Origin: an uncultured virus (IMG/VR IMGVR_UViG_3300042397_001422)
Lineage: Duplodnaviria > Heunggongvirae > Uroviricota > Caudoviricetes
DNA length: 20,000 nt
IMG/VR virus record: IMGVR_UViG_3300042397_001422
Reading direction: 5' to 3' (one strand)
Part shown: positions 16,528 through 20,000 of the stretch, one piece after another
How positions within the stretch are numbered: the stretch's first letter is position 1
Layout of the letters: the number at the start of each line of letters is the position of its first letter
Made by a program: the position numbers and the translations under genes
The notes under the pieces: model-generated
Database searches by the model: none
The model's input: the letters and a program-made list of their open reading frames with translations, nothing else
Told to the model about the DNA's origin: nothing

Positions 16528-16776
16528 ATGAAGGGTAATATAATCTATTTAGATAAAGACCAATTAAAATTAATTAATTTAATTGATGAATGGTTAAGAG
16601 ATGAGATGATGGAAACTACAACATCATTAATGAACACCGATACTATAATAGCGGCTAGAACTTTTTTAACACATCTACATGAAAAGGGGTGGTATAGAGA
16701 AGGGAGTGAAGAACAAGGACTCTTAAAAGAATTAAGAAACGAATGGATTAAGGATGGTGGTAAGTGGAAGAGCTAA
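16528..16776 (+). CDS. hypothetical protein, paralog family A
   Basis: FLTHLHEKGWYREGSEEQGLLKELRNEWIKD aligns with 7606. Confidence 0.75.
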   Translation: MKGNIIYLDKDQLKLINLIDEWLRDEMMETTTSLMNTDTIIAARTFLTHLHEKGWYREGSEEQGLLKELRNEWIKDGGKWKS

Positions 16777-16910
16777 TTAGCTATAAGCTCTTACTTATAC
16801 TTTTTTCTTAACTATATCAGCTTCTAGTTTAAAGCTCTTTTATAATTATAAGCTTTTCAGAAAAATTAGCAAGGTTTTTTTAAAAAAGTTATTAACATTT
16901 TAAATATTCA

Positions 16911-16935
16911 TAATATCTTGATAATCAATCCCTTA
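16911..16935. promoter_or_regulatory. 25-bp dyad TAA-N4-TTGATAATCAA-N4-TTA, copy 2
   Basis: TAATATCTTGATAATCAATCCCTTA; 18 nt upstream of the promoter TTTG. Confidence 0.6.
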
Positions 16936-16952
16936 GAAATACAATAAAATAA

Positions 16953-16985
16953 ATTTGGAAATCTCACTAATTTATCGTAATTTAG
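16953..16985 (+). promoter_or_regulatory. Bacteroidota-type phage promoter, copy 6
   Basis: ATTTGGAAATCTCACTAATTTATCGTAATTTAG; 18 nt before ATG 17004. Confidence 0.8.
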
Positions 16986-17003
16986 CTTTATAAAATTTAA
17001 AAT

Positions 17004-17249
17004 ATGAACGTATTAGAATTAACACCTTGTATTAAATGTGGAGGCGATATGCCACTTTTACGATTTACAAAGTATGGATATAGGTCTTGCACTAATTGTT
17101 CCACTACTGAAAGAGTTGGGGGAGTTCCTATTACCAACCATAAGACAGGTAACAGTATTCAAATTGTTCCCAAACATATCGCAGAAAATCTTATTCGTTT
17201 ATCACAACGACAAGGCTATGGTGTTTGTAAAGGAATGAAACATAATTAA
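17004..17249 (+). CDS. TraR/DksA-type C4 zinc finger protein
   Basis: CIKCGGDMPLLRF...SCTNCS resembles CxxCG..IP..RL...CxxC. Confidence 0.65.
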   Translation: MNVLELTPCIKCGGDMPLLRFTKYGYRSCTNCSTTERVGGVPITNHKTGNSIQIVPKHIAENLIRLSQRQGYGVCKGMKHN

Positions 17250-17266
17250 AATTTAAAAGATAGAAT

Positions 17267-17521
17267 ATGAAAATAAAGGATTTAAAAAAGTGGATAAGTG
17301 ATATCTCATCTGAATTTGATGAGTACACTATAACCCATAGAGAATACTATGATTCAGAGGATGATACTTTATTTGCTAACGAAGTTCCAATAGTATCGGT
17401 TCATATAGATGATAATGAAATGAAAGCATGTTTCATGCACGAACAATCGTATCTTCTATATAAGGGTGATTCTATAATCACTAAATTCAAAGTTTCAAGC
17501 ACCAAAGTAGATTGCGGATGA
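17267..17521 (+). CDS. hypothetical protein (84 aa)
   Basis: ORF with an A-rich leader; ATGA overlap downstream. Confidence 0.7.
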   Translation: MKIKDLKKWISDISSEFDEYTITHREYYDSEDDTLFANEVPIVSVHIDDNEMKACFMHEQSYLLYKGDSIITKFKVSSTKVDCG

Positions 17522-18183
17522 TAAATATAAATTATAAAATAGAAAAGGTTAAACCAAAAATCTTTGCAGTTATCATTGAAGATTCATATGATAGGGCAAT
17601 GACCTTTTTAAGAATACAAGAATTCTACGAATCCCCAAATCCAGCATTTAGAGGTAATAAGGATTTTAGTTTTTCTGAATATATGAAATGGTATACCAAT
17701 GAATATGGTAAAGGGTTTACATATGGAAGTGATTGGAGTGGATTTAATGTTCCATTAGAAATTGCCTACACTTGTTATGATACCCTAACTGATAGGTATA
17801 CTGATTACGATGATGTAATGGAAAGTATTATTCATACGTTATACGAATTGAATGGTGATGATGCCGATGGTTATATTATTGGGGCAGGTAATACTGAAGG
17901 GGATACCTTTAAACACGAAGTTTGTCATGGATTATATTACACTAATCCCAACTATAAAGCAACTGCAGATGCAGTTACTGCATTAATACACATAGAAAAT
18001 TATAATATATTCGAAAAGAATTTATTAGAAATGGGATATACTGAAATGGTTATTAAAGATGAGATTCAAGCATACTTACAATATGGTTGGGAAAGTAATG
18101 ACTTTGGAAAAGGAGTTCCATTAGAAATTAGAGAAATGTATAATGGTTGGTACGAAGAAGAATTAGAAGAATACTCAAAATAA
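17518..18183 (+). CDS. HExxH-motif protein (zincin-like)
   Basis: FLRIQEFYESP, GFNVP, FKHEVCHGLYY, DEIQAY; ATG 17518 overlaps the upstream TGA. Confidence 0.7.
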   Translation: MININYKIEKVKPKIFAVIIEDSYDRAMTFLRIQEFYESPNPAFRGNKDFSFSEYMKWYTNEYGKGFTYGSDWSGFNVPLEIAYTCYDTLTDRYTDYDDVMESIIHTLYELNGDDADGYIIGAGNTEGDTFKHEVCHGLYYTNPNYKATADAVTALIHIENYNIFEKNLLEMGYTEMVIKDEIQAYLQYGWESNDFGKGVPLEIREMYNGWYEEELEEYSK

Positions 18184-18206
18184 AATAACTTAATATATAT
18201 ACATAT

Positions 18207-19349
18207 ATGAGTGAGAAGGTTAATTTAAAAAACTATATTTGTAGAGCACCATTTGAAGATTTTATGGTATTCCATAATTCGACTTGGAGTTGTTGTCCAG
18301 ATTGGATGGATATTCCATTTGAAGATTGGTCTCATTTAAATCCCGGTGAAACTAAAGAATTAAAAGATGTTTGGTTTAATGATATTAATACAAAGGTAAG
18401 AGAAGGAATCTTAGATGGTTCATATAAATATTGTTCAAAAACTAAGTGCCCATTTTTATCTAAACTTATTAATACTGATGAAAAGGTATTATTAAATGAG
18501 TTTGAATCGGACTATGGACAATCAGTATATTTTGGATACTTTTATAAGAGAGAAGAATTTTTTAAAAAATATAATCTTTCTGAAACTGATAGTGAATGGA
18601 AATTATTTCCAAAATTAATTTATTTTAATTTTGATTACGCATGTAATTTGAAATGTCCATCTTGTAGATTAGATACTATACCAAATCGTAAAGATAAATT
18701 TGTTGATAATATTTTAAAAGATATTAATGAACAATTTAGTAATGAGGTTGAGATGATTCATATTACAGGTAGTGGTGACCCATTTTATTCAAATGTATTT
18801 AGAAAGTTTATGCAAACATTTGATTACAAACGATATCCAAAATTGAAACAAATTTATATAGTTTCAAACGGAAATATGTGGACACAGGAAATGTGGGAAT
18901 CGGTTAAACCAATTCATCCATATGTTCGTGAATATGAAATATCAATTGATGCAGCAACTAAAGAAACATATGAAAATAAAGTAAGGTTAAATGGGAATTG
19001 GGATACTTTAATGGCTAATTTAAAATATCATTCTACCTTAAAATTTAATAATAGAAATTTTTCATTCGTAGTTCAAGACCATAATGTACGTGAAATGAAT
19101 GATTTTGTAAATATGATTGAGGATATATATGGAAAGTGGAGTCCTGAAAATGGATATACAATTACATTTAGAGCAATACAAGATTGGAATCATCAAACAA
19201 AAGAATGGTTAAAAGACCGTTCAGTTCAAGAAGAATCACATCCACTATATAATGTATTATTAAAACAATTAAAAATGATTGGTAATAGACAACATATAAT
19301 ACATAATTTTTGGCATTTAGAATCAAAACAAACAAGGGCTTTAATTTAA
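18207..19349 (+). CDS. radical SAM enzyme with an N-terminal SPASM/twitch-like Cys cluster
   Basis: CNLKCPSC (CxxxCxxC), TGSGDPF, SNG, ISIDAAT; N-terminal C..PF...CC...C...CP. Confidence 0.9.
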   Translation: MSEKVNLKNYICRAPFEDFMVFHNSTWSCCPDWMDIPFEDWSHLNPGETKELKDVWFNDINTKVREGILDGSYKYCSKTKCPFLSKLINTDEKVLLNEFESDYGQSVYFGYFYKREEFFKKYNLSETDSEWKLFPKLIYFNFDYACNLKCPSCRLDTIPNRKDKFVDNILKDINEQFSNEVEMIHITGSGDPFYSNVFRKFMQTFDYKRYPKLKQIYIVSNGNMWTQEMWESVKPIHPYVREYEISIDAATKETYENKVRLNGNWDTLMANLKYHSTLKFNNRNFSFVVQDHNVREMNDFVNMIEDIYGKWSPENGYTITFRAIQDWNHQTKEWLKDRSVQEESHPLYNVLLKQLKMIGNRQHIIHNFWHLESKQTRALI

Positions 19350-19366
19350 AACAAAAAAACAATAAT

Positions 19367-19567
19367 ATGAACTTACAAGAGATTTGCAAAAAGTACAGAA
19401 TTTCAGACAACTATTTAAATTCTAAAGACGATGCGTTATTAGTAACTGCAGCATCATTAGATGATATTATTTTAGAACTGAATCCAATTACAGGAACAAC
19501 TACAACGATTGAAAAATTAGAAAGATTAAAAAACTTTTTAGTTGATGTAAAAACTTCAGGCGTTTAA
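19367..19567 (+). CDS. hypothetical protein (66 aa)
   Basis: ATG 19367 preferred after an A-rich leader. Confidence 0.7.
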   Translation: MNLQEICKKYRISDNYLNSKDDALLVTAASLDDIILELNPITGTTTTIEKLERLKNFLVDVKTSGV

Positions 19568-19581
19568 TTAAAATTTAATAT

Positions 19582-19851
19582 ATGTTTTTAACGTATTACA
19601 TTATTTGTGTTCTTTATTGTTTCTATCAATTATTTAAAAATTTAGATAAAAGATACAGCAATGACCCCATCGGTGGTTCTCCTGAATTGGATACTATTAT
19701 GGTAGTGGTAATGGCATGGGTTCTTGCACCAATTGATGTTTCCTTAACTTGGATTCGTTGGTATAAAGAAGCTGAAGAAGCAAGAAGAAGACAATCAAAT
19801 ATTACATTAGATGTGAGAGCACTTCGAAACGAAGAAACTCATATTCAATAA
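19582..19851 (+). CDS. small 2-TM membrane protein
   Basis: Two hydrophobic segments and a charged C-terminal helix. Confidence 0.7.
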   Translation: MFLTYYIICVLYCFYQLFKNLDKRYSNDPIGGSPELDTIMVVVMAWVLAPIDVSLTWIRWYKEAEEARRRQSNITLDVRALRNEETHIQ

Positions 19852-19859
19852 TATTAAAC

Positions 19860-19944
19860 AGAGAGTTGGCCGAGTGGTTGATGGCACCAGTCTTGAAAAC
19901 TGGCATACTGAAAGGTATCTGGGGTTCGAATCCCTAACTCTCTG
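19860..19944 (+). tRNA. tRNA-Ser (anticodon UGA)
   Basis: Acceptor AGAGAGT/ACTCTCT with G discriminator; D arm GCC...GGC; anticodon stem CCAGT/ACTGG with loop CTTGAAA; long variable arm; T loop TTCGAAT; CCA not encoded (CAA). Confidence 0.95.
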
Positions 19945-20000
19945 CAAACTTGGAGTACGAGGAACTAACATAAACGGAGTACTTAACCCATAAGTTGATT

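Noticed and set aside
619..16985. Recurrent ~33-bp motif as CRISPR repeats or mobile-element ends
   Set aside because: Copies are kilobases apart, degenerate in the middle and always just upstream of start codons, which fits promoters; no cas or transposase genes are present
505..19410. Minus-strand ORFs outside 13650-14949 (e.g. 505-762, 9994-10455, 11628-11835, 19168-19410) and + strand 13756-14139 and 17038-17238
   Set aside because: Shadow ORFs overlapping better-supported genes, with atypical composition and no motifs
1..20000. Stop-codon reassignment (code 15 or 4) as in some large Bacteroidota phages
   Set aside because: Recognisable enzymes are full length in code 11; TAG and TGA end genes with the next start adjacent; the tRNA anticodon UGA reads Ser UCA and is not a suppressor
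19945..20000. Possible second RNA gene after tRNA-Ser (GGAGTAC repeated twice)
   Set aside because: No cloverleaf or recognisable structure, and truncated by the window end

Overview
AT-rich, densely packed segment of a large tailed dsDNA phage. The host is most likely Bacteroidota, inferred from six TTTG-N20-TAnnTT[TA]G-type promoters, A-rich SD-less starts and a Bacteroidota-type ClpS. It looks like an early/accessory region of about 50 mostly small + strand ORFs. Recognisable products are ClpS, a glycosyltransferase-like protein, PQ-loop and YgjV-like membrane proteins, a 2OG-Fe(II) oxygenase, two HExxH proteins, a metallophosphoesterase next to a cyclic-phosphate-processing receiver-domain protein, a hotdog acyl-CoA thioesterase, an NlpC/P60 peptidase, a TraR/DksA-type zinc finger, a radical SAM enzyme and tRNA-Ser(UGA). 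The most striking element is an inverted three-gene cassette (13650-14949). Its otherwise unrelated proteins all start with the 10-residue leader M-I-K-L-x-x-I-L-x-E and are joined by an identical 19-bp junction, resembling T4 capsid-targeted internal proteins. Also seen: two dispersed paralog families, a 25-bp IHF-like dyad in front of two promoters, an AGCT-rich intergenic island, a GC-rich hairpin region at the left end, and apparent GATC avoidance. All calls are from motif recognition by eye; no searches were run.
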